DNA from: Mobula hypostoma
Lineage: Eukaryota
NCBI RefSeq assembly: GCF_963921235.1
Contig: NC_086100.1
Location: 201,130,001 to 201,194,000, forward strand
Direction: 5' to 3'
DNA length: 64,000 bases
Shown here: one piece after another, positions 50,546-63,469 of the stretch
Position numbering within the stretch: position 1 is the stretch's first letter
Layout of the letters: each line of letters begins with the position of its first letter
Position numbers and translations under genes: made by a program
The notes under the pieces: model-generated
The model's input: the letters and a program-made list of their open reading frames with translations, nothing else
Database searches by the model: none
What the model was told of the DNA's origin: nothing

Positions 50546-52545
50546 ACAACGGCAAGAACTTATAAGTCAGTAAATCTGACATAAGTTATTGGTAAAATGC
50601 TGTAATCCATGACTGAAGATGGTAAAATGTGGCTGGGCGAGGAAAACAACTATTGGTGCACTCAGACTCCAACAGTCCAAAACTGTAAATGGTGAGTTTT
50701 CAACGATCGGTATTGATCGTATCCAGGCAGGTGTTCAAGGAAACTCTTCACTCTGGAGATTGCTCGCAATGTAAATTGGACTTTGCCTTGCACTACCAAC
50801 GTAACGGCAGTTTGATCTAATGTAGGATTTCACAAATTATATGGCAGAGGCATTTTATTTTTACGAGAAAAAATAGCAACTTATTTATTGAACACAAAGT
50901 GCAATAACACTCCTTGATGTAATTCACTCACCACCTCAGACCAGCCTCTTCAAGTGAACCCCAACCCAATGTCAACAGTTGTGAATACTGTACGTTTCCA
51001 CCAAAATCACATCAAATCATATTTAATTCACATTCAAAACACAAGTAGATATACTGAATGAAATAAAGTTCAAAAAAGTTCAAACTTCAAAGGAAAATTT
51101 ATTTTCAGAGTACATACATGTCACCACATACAACCCTGAGATTATTTATCTGCGGGCATAATTAGCAAATCTATAGAACAGTAATTGTAAACTGTAAACA
51201 CCAGGAACTGTAAACAAACTGTTCAAATTCAGATATAAATAAATAGCAATAAATAATGAGAATGATGTAACGATATAACATCCAATCTTCTTCTTAGTTC
51301 TTACAGAAACATCTGCATGATGCTAAGCTAGGGCACATCATCAGTGATGTTAAACGGGGTCGTCAGGTGTTTCAGGTCTTTCAACGTCATACACCCTCGC
51401 CCAGGGGACCCAACCGGGGTTGATCAGACCCCGGCCTGTGTCCCAGCAGCAACCCACCGATCTGCCCCCTTTATTGAGAGCCATCTTGACGCTTCCTCTG
51501 CTGTACCTGTGGTGGTAAAATGACTCTCCTTCTTCTCTCTCCCGTGATTCCAAGTGCGGTGTATACTTCACAGAGTGAATAGCCTGCAAAGCCACGACAC
51601 CCAACCTCCACGGGCCAACACTTTGCTCTCTAGCCTCTTCTTTGGCAGTTCACCGATTCTTGAGACTTCGACGAAAACATCTCCCACTAAGAAAAGTGCT
51701 AATTCCGTTGAAAATGAATAACATTTTCTTCTTTAAAGTAATCAGGGTTGATCATCTGAGGGTCTTTTGCACAAATGCAACATTTTTTCACCTGTTTGTT
51801 TTTAATTTTATAAATTATATGATTATATAATAGCCCAGAACCCACAAAATCAGTTGTCCTCAGACAACAGATTATCATTTCAATTTGATAAAAAAGTGTG
51901 AAAAGGTCATTTAAAATGTGTAACATATATTCCAGATGAAAGACTAGATTGAAAAACCTCTTTAAAACTAAGGCAGTGAACTTTCAGCAATATTCACTCC
52001 TATTTGTGGTTGCTCAAAATGTGTACCAAGTTTTTGTCAACACCAGCAGATAAAATCAGGCAACCACGTGGTCAACTATATTCCCGAGGACCCCCTTTCC
52101 ACCCTCCACATCAGCTAAATGCAACAAGGTCAAACAATCTCCTCTAAGTTTGCTATTTTTCCAATAATTGTTGCATATTTATTGATGTTGCTACTGTCAC
52201 AACCATGACGAGTCAACTTCTGTCTCTTTTGTATGGAAAGAATTATTTAAAATTATGATATAAATTTATGCATTTTGAGTAAAGTCCAGAGGCTGCTAGC
52301 AACAGAGGGAATACAGGATGGCTCCTGTATACAACTCATGCAAATGAGGCACTTGAGGAGTTTCAGAAATGCAAAAGACTTCTCAGCAGAGGAATTATGA
52401 GGAATAAAAGAGGAATTGAGGTCGCAGTGCAATGCAAGATGAAAGAAAGTCCCAAGGGTTTCTTTAGCCATTTTAAGAGCAAAAGAATAACAAGAGACAA
52501 AGTTGGTCCACTGGTTGATCAGCATGGTCATCTATCCATTGAACT

Positions 52546-52676
52546 GAGAGAGAGAGAGAGAGTGAGAGAGTGAGAGAGAAATAGAGATAGAGATAGAGAG
52601 AGAGAGAGAGTGAGAGAGAAATAGAGATAGAGATAGAGATAGAGAGAGAGAGAGAGAGAGAGAGTGAGAGAGAAAT

Positions 52677-52740
<64 letters not shown>
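52546..52740. repeat. (GA)n compound microsatellite inside an old CR1
   Basis: GA run with GATA/GAAATA/GT interruptions. Confidence 0.97.
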
Positions 52741-52748
<8 letters not shown>

Positions 52749-53112
52749 ATCAGTATTTACTTGGGAGACAGACACAAATAGTTGACCTGAGGCAAAAATT
52801 CACGAGGTCATAGACCGTATCTCATCACAAAAGAGGAGGGCTGGCTGTCTAGAGGCAAACTAGGGTGCATAAATCAGTAGGGCCTGACAAGGTGTTCCCT
52901 TGGACCTTGTGGAAGGCTAATGTTGAAACTGCTGGGGCCTTGGCAGGAATAGTTAAACCACCTTTAGTCATGGGTGCGGAGCCAGGAGAGTGGAGGATAT
53001 CTAAAGTTGTTACGTTGTTGAAGAAACATTCTAGAAATAGCCAGCAAATGTTAGGCTAATTTATTTATGGATAAATTATTGGAAGGCATTCTAAATGCAG
53101 AATGAATAAATA

Positions 53113-53734
53113 CAGTGGATTCTGGTTAATTGGGACAGCCACTATTTAAGGAGAACTCTGAAAGAACAAAAGCAAATCAAGAAAATAATCAGGATTCCTT
53201 TGTTTATTGAGGACACTGCCTCTGAATTGGGACAGAAGACTACTGCCGAGCGTCGGTCGAACCAGCGTCAGTCACGGACACTTGTGTGGCCATCAGACAC
53301 TACAGCTCGTGATGAAGGTGACACATCTGAACATGAGCCCGTGATGACACTGGATGCTGAGAAATTTATTGTTGGATTACAATATTATTTCATGCAAAAA
53401 GGCAATGAAGGCAGTCCATTATCTGCACTTGGTGTCTGCGGTGATTTTGTTAATTTACAGTGAATCAAAAGAACACAACAGCGTACTCGAAATGAATTCC
53501 ACTGTCAATAATGATCAGGGAATGAAACACAGTTTTATAGTACTGTAGTCGTAGTAGTAATGTTCTAATTTGTTCTGTACTTCAGTTAAATGTACAGTAT
53601 ATTACTCATTTAAACTAGTTAAAACAGTTTGTCTTTTTTAAACTATTTCCATGAAAATTTGTTCAATTTGGCAACCTCTTAATTGGACCAATGTGTGCCG
53701 TTCCCAATGTGCCTAAATAAACCAGAATCTGCTG
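53113..53734. mobile_element. Pogo/Tigger-like non-autonomous DNA transposon inserted in CR1
   Basis: TA|cagtggattctggttaatt...aataaaccagaatctgctg|TA inverted termini; CR1 sequence continues on both sides. Confidence 0.8.
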
Positions 53735-56369
53735 TATTGGATAGACAGGGCTTATTTACGGAAAATCAAAGTGGCTTCGTGCATGGTAGGTCATGTCTAA
53801 CCAATCTTAAAGCTTTTTGAAGATTAAACAAGAAATTTGTGTCTAGATACCTGTGACTGGTGCCACAGGGTTCAGTGCTGTGTCTGTTGTTGTTTGTCAT
53901 CTATACCAACAATCTGGGTGATAATGTGGAAAATTGATCAGCAAATTTGTGGATGACACCAAGATTGGGGACAGAGTGGACAGCGAGGAAGGATATCAAA
54001 GGTTGCATCACAGGAACTGGGATGTTGGTGAGGCTGAACCTGGAGTAATGTGAGTAGTTCTGCTCATCTACCCACGGGAAAGAAAATTGACATGGATGTT
54101 GCCGGGACTTGAGTACCTGAGTTATAGGGGAAGGTTGAAAAGAGTCACAGAGCAATCCAGCATGGAAACAGACTCTTTAGACCAACTCGTCCATGTGGAC
54201 CACAGTATTGTCTCTGCTAGTCCCAGTTACTCATGTTGACCAATAGCCCTCCAAGACCCTCCCTTCCTGTATCTATCCAAATGCTTCTTAAATATTGCAA
54301 TTGTATCATCTCAACAACATTCCCTCACAGCTCATTCCAAGTACTCAGTATCCTCTGTGTAAGAAATTACCATGCAGCTCTCTTTTAAACTCTGCCCTCT
54401 TACCTTGTATCTGTGCCATCTAGCTTTGGACTCCCCAGCCTGGGAAAAAGAATTTAAGTTCAAGTTTAGCTTAATTACTGTCAAATGAAACATCCTCTGG
54501 GGCGAAATTACAAAACATACCACCTCATTCAGGACTGCAAACAAACAGACAGTTACGCAAAATAAAATGATATGCTTAGGCCAATCCCCTTGGTGACAAG
54601 CTGTGTAAATTGTCTGTGCTGTTCCTGTCAGTGCGTAGATGAACACACAGACAAGACTATCACTGACCACCTTATCCATATTGCTCCTGATTTTATAAGC
54701 TTCTGTCAAGTCCCCTCACAATATTAAGTCCACTAATAATGCAGAAGAAGCTTTTTCCTCTCAGGTTGTGTGAGAATAGAACAAGAGGTGATAGATTTAA
54801 GGCAAAACATGAAATATTTTAGGGGAATCTGAGAGCATGGCCTGGATGGTGGGGGTCCTTGATGATGGATGCTTATTTCTTACAACAGTACTCCATGTAG
54901 ATGTGCTCAGTGTTGGGGAGGGCTTTAACTATGATGGACTGGGCTGTACCATTGATTTTGTTGGCGTTTCTTTTCATTGTGTTTCCATACCAGGCCGTGC
55001 TGCAGCCAGTCAATATAATCTGTATTACATATCAATAAGCCTGTCAAAGTTTCAGATGACATGACAAATCTTAGCAAACGTTGAGAAAGTGGAAGTATTG
55101 CCATGCTTCCTTTGTAATGGCACTTAATTGTGAGACCCAGGACAGATCGTCTGAAATGTCCAGGAATTGAAATTTTCTGACCCTCTCCAACTCTGATCAC
55201 CGATGAGTACTGGCTCATAGCTTCCCCCACTTGTAGTCAATAATTCATTCTAGGAGACTTAATGGGCTGATTGGTCTGATTCTGCTCCTGTGTCCCATGG
55301 TGTTCTGGTCTCAGTCCATGCAGGCTCTGAGGTAATCACATTCCCACACCTATTTCCCTCCAAACTATTCCTGTTCACATTCTCTTTCACTTATTCCCCT
55401 GACAACCTGCTGTCAGGGAAGCTCTTCACATTAGCAGTGGGGTCAAGAACAGGAGACTGTAGAATGAAGGGTCTTGGCATGAAACATCAACAGTTTATTC
55501 CTCTCCACAGATACTGCCTGACCTGCTGAATTCCTCCAGCATTTTGTCTGTGTTCTTGTAGAATGAAGATGTTTTGTAAATAAACTAGGAGTGATGGAAG
55601 GTAATATATTTTTACACTTCAAATATTTAAGGTCTGGATGCAAATGTCTCTTAATAGTGGATGCAGATTGATATCTCATTTTCACCCATGACTGACAGCA
55701 TTGCCCAGAGTCCCCAGGAGTGTGACACTCACAAATGCTACACTATTTACAATCTGTTCCACTGAAGGGACAAGGTTGGCGAATGTCTCAAACCTTCCAA
55801 ACACAATTTTAGCACTGAATCTCCCTTAACCAGGACAAGGGGCAGGGACAGTGACATTGTCACATCAGCAGACACATCATAATGAGATGCATCATCACCA
55901 TAGGATTTAAATTCTGCTCAGCTGGAGACTCGAGACAGATGTAGACGGGCAGATACCATGGATTCTCCCATATCTACACAGATGGTTCAAATATCCAGCA
56001 AAAGGTCATTCAGGTATTTCTCTTTATGTTCATTAATTTCATGTCGGACAATGAGTGAGGTTGTGGATGACACCAAAATGAGTGTGTGGTGAACGTGAGG
56101 ATTGTCTGAGTTTGCAATGGGATGGAGACCATCTGGCAAAGTGGGACAAGAAAGGGCAGGTTGCACGTAACTGGACAAGTGTGATTTTCGGAAGTTAAAC
56201 CAGAGTAGAACATAGAGAGTAAATGACAGGGCCCAAAGGGGTTTGTAGAACAGACACACCGAGGGGTAGAAGTACACTGTCCTCTAAAAATGGTGACTCA
56301 TTTGGACAGGATGGTGAAAAATGTGTGGATGAGTTGTCATGCTGTGTAAATTAGACTTTTGTTATTTAA

Positions 56370-57122
56370 CTTGTCCTGAGAACCCCTTTCTATTGCTCTT
56401 AGAGATTCTAATACTGTTCAGGGTACAGTATTAAGAGAGGGGACAAACTACACAAGGTTTTGTTATATGCGGATAACCTGTTAGTTTATAGTTCAGATCC
56501 AAGGAAATATATTCCTTCTATGTTATCAATATTTTCTGAAATCAGTAGTTTTTCTGGTTATATTACCGTTTCTGCTCAAAGTGTGATTGCCTTTTCGACT
56601 TCATTGGCTTGGAGAGCCATTTTACTGAAATGGAAGGATTCTAATCCACCTGCTGTCTTTTTTTGGCTTTCCTCCATTATGTCCTGTTTAAGCTTAGAGA
56701 AAATAAGCAGTCAGACATTTGATACAACTTTTAAATTTGAGCAAATATAGCGACCTTTTATTCTATATTTTCATTTGATTTGATTTATTGCTGTTCCAAT
56801 TATTTTTTTTCGAAGTTATAGATTTGATCACAAATTCTTTCCTTTTTATTTGGTTGTAACCTCCAAATGGACTGGGCAGTGGGTTTTTTTCCCTTCATTT
56901 TAAAATTAAAGCTTTTTTTCCTCTCTTTATGAATTGATAAGAGGACAATTCGCTGTCCTTTTTTATTATATATTGCATATTTGCTGATTACTATGTGTGA
57001 TTATGATCATATCTATTTCATCTTTTGTTTATATTGTTGCTGATATACATATTTGAGATAATTCTCCCCTTGTCTGCATATATGTCTCCTCTAAATTAAT
57101 AAAAAGATTAATAAAGAAAAGA
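56370..57122 (+). mobile_element. L1-clade LINE fragment (internally deleted)
   Basis: LYADNLLVY (YADD-like) joined to [22 protein letters not shown]; 3' UTR matches 29230-29768. Confidence 0.85.
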
Positions 57123-58271
57123 TTTCTCATGCTGTGACTCAAAATATAAATGTTCCTGTCGTTGTCTAGTTGTAAGGCAGTGAATATTTTTCCTCTCTTT
57201 TGTTTCCTTTCATGATGAAGGGTCTCAGCCTGAAACGTCGGCTCTGCTCTTTGTCTTAGATGCCGCCTGACCTGCTGAGTTTCTCCAGCGTTTTCTGTGT
57301 GTTGCTTGAATTTACTTTTTCTTTCTTCTCCTTGAGGGACAAGAGTGCCAGAAACCATGAAACATGATTGTGCACAAGACAACACAGATTTGAACCATAT
57401 GAACCAGAGATGAAGCTGAGAGTGACCACTACACAATTCAAGCCCAAGACAGCAAGTCCCGACTGCATTCAGTACTCCTCAGGTTAGTACCTCTGCAACC
57501 CTTCCACCTCACTGTGTTCACTCAATTACCACTCCCATTCCACCCCACAAACTGACTGAATCATGGAGACTGTGTGAAACCACCTCTCTTATCACAGGAC
57601 CATTTCTATCTCGTGCATCCTGGGTCAGAGGGTTCACTCATCCAGTGCTAAATTTGTTTTTACATTGATTTATTTCTCATTTTAAAAGTTTGCCATTTCT
57701 GTGTGCTGATGGGTGTTTGTCATCCCGACCAGTTCTGCCTGAAATTCTTTGGTGTGATTGTTTCTTGGTGAAATTTGACAATGGGTTCCCCGGTTGGACC
57801 TTCACGCCCAGTCATCATGACCCTGTGTCGGTAACAGGAACCGACCCTGCTCCGGCTCCAGGCTCAGGTCAGCATTGCTCGGGTTACTGTACTGGCACTG
57901 GAGAGGGCCCAGTCCATGTGGTCAATTCTGGCCAAAGACAGCTGGGGCTCCACCCTGACACCGAGTCATTTTATGTGATTAGCAAAAGCTGCAGCCCTTT
58001 ACTTCCACCCTGCCCCTGATGCATGGGGAATAAATATACCAGTAGCGTTGTTTACAAAAGACTCGTTTGGTGTCGGCAAATGCTCTGGTCACGTCTGCTG
58101 ACCATTCAAACATGTGATTATGGGCATTAAATTAAGGGAGCAAGCATAAGTTCAACAGATCTTGGAATGAAAAGGTGATAGAAATTCACCAAAACAAAAA
58201 ACACTTGCAGTATTTTTTGGGGAGTGGGGGTGCAGTGGAAAGTCCATCATAACAGCGAACATTGATGGTGG

Positions 58272-58430
58272 GGTGGCAGACCATCTGCACAGATACAGTG
58301 GCTGAGAAAGTCAAGGACAGACAACCTGAACTGGTATTTAATGGGGTTAATAATCAGCCCACGATGGCTGAAGCAATAGAAAAGTATGTGGAGATGTGAT
58401 AAGTGTTCGGTTTTGGATGCGCTGGTGACA
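58272..58430 (-). mobile_element. Gypsy/Ty3 LTR-retrotransposon RT fragment
   Basis: EHLSHLHILF...GLIINPIKYQFRLSVLDFLSH resembles the Gypsy RT C-terminal motif EHL..L..LF..L...GL.IN..KC.F.....FLGH. Confidence 0.7.
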
Positions 58431-58432
58431 GC

Positions 58433-58504
58433 TACAGTACTGTGTAAAAGTCTTAGACACATGTATCTGTAGCAATGGTGCTCAGACTCTTGCTCAGTAC
58501 TGTA
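58433..58504. mobile_element. Very short Tc1-type MITE (hairpin)
   Basis: tacagtactgtgtaaaagtct...agactcttgctcagtactgta inverted ends with TA; a decayed second copy near 58615-58675. Confidence 0.72.
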
Positions 58505-58939
58505 TATTATGTCTTTCCAGTCACAACTTAATACCACTTCATACTCCTGAGCTGGTACAAAGCTAAGCACTCTTATTTCTGTTTCCCAACCACCTCCTAT
58601 TTTAATGAATTTACAGAATTGTGCAGAAGTTCCAGGCACCCTTGTTACATATATGTGCGTTTTGCACAGTGCTGTGTGTTGTCCAGGAAAACAAAAAGAA
58701 AATCTGTCAGTGTCTTATCTCACAGTCCATGAGTTGCTGGGAAGTCTATGCTGCATTTTTCAGCCCATGGGCATGCACAGAAACTCAAACAGCCCAAATG
58801 GGGTGATAACAGCATCTTTGGGAATATGGTGAGAGTACCCAGGTACCTGATGATAAACCCTGACCGAATACACTTTACAAATAATGATCTTTCTGGCTAA
58901 ATTTACCGAAAAGTCTTGAATATGTGGGACTGGGTAATG

Positions 58940-60215
58940 GCCTATTTAGAGATCGGCAGGGATGACATTATCGGCTTCACTGAGTTCGTTGCTTAAAGAT
59001 CATCGTCGGGCGCTTCACATCCAAGGATACAGATTGTGTTGAAAGGACAGGCAGAGGGAGTGGGGAGGCATTGTTGTTAAAAATAAAATCAAATCCTTAT
59101 AGAGAGATGACATAGGAATAGAAGTTGCAGAAACTTTGGGGTGGGGCGCGGTTGTAGAACTAAGAAACTGCCAGGTCTCTGATGGGAGTTTATACAGGCT
59201 CCCAAACAGTAGCCAGAACGTGGGATATAAATTGCAATGGGAGATAGAAAAGGAAAGTCTATGATGTAGCGAGCTGGTGTTCAGTGAATGGGAGGGTAAT
59301 GAGGATTGTGGCAGAACAAAGGAATCTGGCTTTGCAGATAATACAAAGGTAGATGGAAGGGCAAGTATTTGACAGCAAGCAGGGTGCCTGCAGAAGTACT
59401 TGGACAGATTGAGAGAAAAGGCAAAGAAGTAGTAGATGGAATATACTGTAGGGAAGTGTATGGTCATGCACTTCAGTAGAAGGAATTAAGGTGTCGTCTA
59501 TTTTAAAATTTTAAATATTAGAGGGGTAAAGGTCCTTGGAAGCACTTCTGCAGGATTCCGTAAAGGTTAACTTGAAGTTTGAGTCGATTGTTACGAAGGC
59601 AACTGCAATGTTGGCATTCATTTCAAATGGACTGGAATATAAAAGGAAAGATGTATACTGAGGCTTTATATGGCATTGGTCAGACCAAATTTGGAGTATT
59701 GTGTGCGGATTTGGGCCGCTTATCTGAGAAATGATGTGCTGGCATTAGAGAGTTTCCAGAGAAGGTTGACGAGATTGATCCAGCAGTGAAAGGGTTAACA
59801 TATGAGGAGCGTTTCATGGCTCTGGACTCGTACTCGCCAGATGATGCTGCATCTCATAGAAACCTATTGAATATCCAAAGGTCTAGATAGAATGGAGGTG
59901 AAAAGGATATCTTGTATACCTTCTGATCTCGGGCCAGAGGGCATCCATTTAGACTGGAGATAAGGAGGAATTTCTTTAGTAACAGGATGATGAATCTGTG
60001 GAATCCATTGCCACGGATGGCTGTGGACACCAAGTAATTAGGATATTTAAAATGGAAGTTGATTGGTTCTTGCTTAGTCATGGCCTGAAGGGTTCCAGGG
60101 AGAAGAGAGTACAGTCTGGTTGCCAGGGATAGTCAATCAGCCATGATGGAATGACAGAACAGACTCAAGGTGCTGAGTTGCCTAATTCTGCTCCTATGTC
60201 TTTTGGTCTTATGGT
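58940..60215 (+). mobile_element. Old CR1 LINE with internal deletions
   Basis: Endonuclease remnant then RT/tail remnants; tail ctgctcctatgtcttttggtcttatggtct. Confidence 0.82.
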
Positions 60216-61234
60216 CTAATTGATGAAGACATTAGTGAGGCCTCACCTGGAATATTGTATTCAGATTTGCTTGCTCTGCTATAGGAAAGATGCCATCCAG
60301 CTGCAAAGAGTGATGAGGAGATTTACGAGACTCTTGTCAGCACTTGAAGGACTGAGTTATGGACAGAGTTTGGGCAGGTTGGGAGTGCACAAGTATAAGG
60401 AAAAACAAGAAATTTAATCAGGACACAGGAGAAAATTATTCACACAGCAGACAGTCAGACAGCTACATGAATAAGAATGGTTTCGAGGGATACGGGACAA
60501 ATGCAGGCAGATGGGACTGGCTCAGAATAGGATGCCACCAACACCACTTCCCCATTCCCTCTGCTCCCTCCCCGTCCATTACCCTGCTCCCTCCAGGCTA
60601 TTCAAACCAGCTGACACAATTTGCTCAAAGATAGTGTTGTCTTCAACAGGTCCATCCAGATTAAGTCCCGTGATTGGCCTGGGGAGACTCAGATCATCAA
60701 CTGACCCTTCCAGACTGGTCTCCTGATCAGCTCCAGGACAATGACAACACTGACGACCACGCCCTTGGCTGTGATGGGTTCCACCAATGTCCATACTGTC
60801 TCCTGGCCTTTCTCCGTGGTGATCAACTCCTCTTCTGCTCTCACCTATCAGTGTTTCTCCAGCAAGAGCATCGTCTACTGGCTGCAGTGGACTGCCATCG
60901 TCCATTGGCTCACCTCCAAATCATCAGCCAGTGTCTTCACTGATTGGTCCACATGAGGAACTCCAGTGGGTGACTTCACTGGGAACATCATTGAACGACA
61001 GCACAATAACTTCATTATATGGCATCAAGTTTGGGATCTTCACAGATCCAGTGGTCATTGATAGACAACAGAACGTCAAGTCTGATTGGCTTGATGACTA
61101 ATTTCAGCTCTGTCTCAACCAATCAGCTGAAGAACAGCTCTGGTCTACCCGAGCTGATTTTTTTGTTGTACGATGAGTGGCTGATCAATCCCAGAGCACC
61201 TCTCAGTCGCTCCACCAGTGACACCATATTTTTG

Positions 61235-62815
61235 GCCCCCAGCCTCACCCTACCCTTCCTTCTCACCTCTCCATTACCTCCCTCAGGTTCACCCTGCCCC
61301 ATGTCCTGGCTGTCCTCACTGCGACTGCCTGGTTCCTCCAGTGAGGGAGCACATCCCTCCTCCTCCCCGACCCATTCCCCACCCTCCCTTCCATCCCTCC
61401 CCCAGACATGTCTCCCCTCCCTCTCTCCCCTCAACTTTTCCTTCCACCTCCATGGCCCAACTCTTCCCTTCCCTCTCCTATACACATACCCCTCCCTCCC
61501 ATTTCCTCCCTCCCGCTCCCACACACTTCCCAATCTACCTCCCCACCTCCCCCCCTAGGACCTTGTCAGGGAGCCCTCCCTTCATCCTCCTCCTGCCCAT
61601 TCCTCCCCACTCCCCTTCCCTCTCCCCTCCCCAAACCTCTCTCCCCCTCCCTCCCCCATCTCCTCTAACCCTTTCCTCCCTCCTCCTCCCCTTCCCCACC
61701 ACTCCACCACTCCCTCCCTATTCCTCCCCCTCCCCATCTCCCACCCCTTCCCCTCCGCTCCCTCACTCTCCTCTTCCCCTCCCATCCTCCTCCTTCCTCT
61801 CGCTCTCTCTCCATCCCTCCTGCCTCTGCTCGTCCCTCACCTCAATTCCCTCTTCCCAACCTCTCACCTTCCTTCCCTCCCCTACCCTCCATCTCCTCAA
61901 CTGTATGTGTTTTTGTGTTTTGTGTGCGTGAGAGAGAGACCTACCCTCCCCGCTTCCCCCTCCTCCCTCCATCTCCACCGCATTCCCCACCCCTCTGATT
62001 CCTCCCCATCCCCTCCAGCCTTATCTGCACCCTCCCCTCTCCCTCACACTCCTGCAAACGCACATACAGTTGGGGTGATGCATGGAGGGGGTGGGGGGCA
62101 GAGAGGGTGGAAGAGGGGGAGTGAGGAGGAGAGGGAAGGAGGTGAGAGGAAGTAGTAGGTTGAGGGGGAGGGTGGGTGAAGGAACAGGAGGGGAAGGGGT
62201 AGGTTGAGGGGAGGCTGGGTGAGGAAACAGGAGGGGAAGGCAAGTGGGACTGAGTAGGAGGATGGTAGGAGTGGGAGGGGGAAGAGGAGGGTTGAGGAGA
62301 GGGTGAGGTAAAGGGCAGGAGCAGGAGTGTTGCTGTGGAGGTGGAGTGAGGGAGAAGAAGTAAAGGGAGAGGGGAAGTGGAGGGTTGAGGGGAGATAGAG
62401 GGGCAAGGAAGGTGGAAGGTTGCGAGTGGGAATGGAGGGAGATGGGGAGGGAGGCAGAGGGGAAGGAGGAAGGGTGGAAGGGATGGAGGAGAATGGGAAG
62501 GGGAGGGTTGAGGGTAAGGGAGGGGCACGGGAATGTGGTGGTGAGGGGGCAGGGGAAGGAATAGGGACGGATGGAGGAGGGGAGGGTGAGGGGGTTGGAG
62601 TGGGGGAGGGGAGGGGAGGGGGAGGTGGGGGATGGGTGGGCAGGGAGGGGGGAGTGGAGAGTAGAGGGAAGGGGACTGAGGAGGAGTGGGTGGGAGGAAG
62701 ATGGAGGGAGGGTTCCCCCATGAGGTCCCAGACACCCCCCCATACCCCACCCCACTCCCCATACCCACCCCCGCCACCCCCCCCCATACCCCACCCCAGC
62801 CCAGACCATCCCCCT
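61235..62815. repeat. Low-complexity pyrimidine tract followed by purine tract (imperfect inverted duplication)
   Basis: C/T-rich 61235-62050, G/A-rich 62085-62712; caactgtatgtg (61898-61909) is the reverse complement of cacatacagttg (62061-62072). Confidence 0.85.
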
Positions 62816-63469
62816 CTGGAATCGGCCCCATTCCCTGCCCGGGGCTGGGGGTGAACGTTGAGCTGCTGAACCTGCAAGAAAATGGATGGTCTGATAGATT
62901 ATTGTTCATGTACTTGGAAAATAAATTTACTTTGAAATCTGTTGTTTGTAAAACATGTGCTGATGAGAAATGGTGTCAATGAATGTCTGAGAGTGGAAAA
63001 CACTGGTGTTCAGTCCCACTGGCCCTTGCCAGTCAAGAACCCCCACCTGAGTCTGTCCCATCTGCCTGTCTTGACCCATCTCTCTCTGAAGTTTCCTCTC
63101 CGCCCTGTCTAACCAAGCACATGTCAACCTCTGTTTTAAATATAGCCAACTGTGCCAATGAATTGCTCAGATTCATCACCCTCTGGGTAAAGAAATTCCA
63201 CCTCATCTCTATAAATGAATGCCCTCTGTTGTTAGACAGTTTGTCCGTGGGGTGGGGAGGGGTGTGTTGCGGGAAGGATACCAGCTATCAATCTATGCCC
63301 CTCGTAATCTTATCACACATTATCATACTCCCCTCAGCTCCACCACTCCTTAGAAAATACCCAAGTTTGTTTGGCCTCTCCTTAAACAGTAACTTATGCC
63401 TTTACTCCAGACTGCATCCTGTGAACCTCTTCTGCACCCTGTCCAATGTATCACTGTTACAGTGGGTCA

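Noticed and set aside
49659..50582. 307-aa ORF as a host gene
   Set aside because: CR1 ORF2 endonuclease and linker region, 5'-truncated and frameshifted downstream
50850..51640. LTR or Gypsy remnant
   Set aside because: LTR-like composition but no paired LTR, PBS or recognisable protein motif that I could verify
52473..52775. Ser-Leu repeat ORFs
   Set aside because: Translation of the (GA)n microsatellite
60598..60630. LFKPADTICS as a second ADAM disintegrin exon
   Set aside because: No following CDLPEFC or cysteine pattern; likely chance
60705..60740. PFQTGLLISS as a P-element/THAP9 transposase motif
   Set aside because: The downstream LT.RLNQD..E..F block is absent
61019..62909. Long Pro/Gly-rich ORFs (up to 322 aa)
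   Set aside because: Stop-free only because of C/T or G/A low complexity; open in several frames at once
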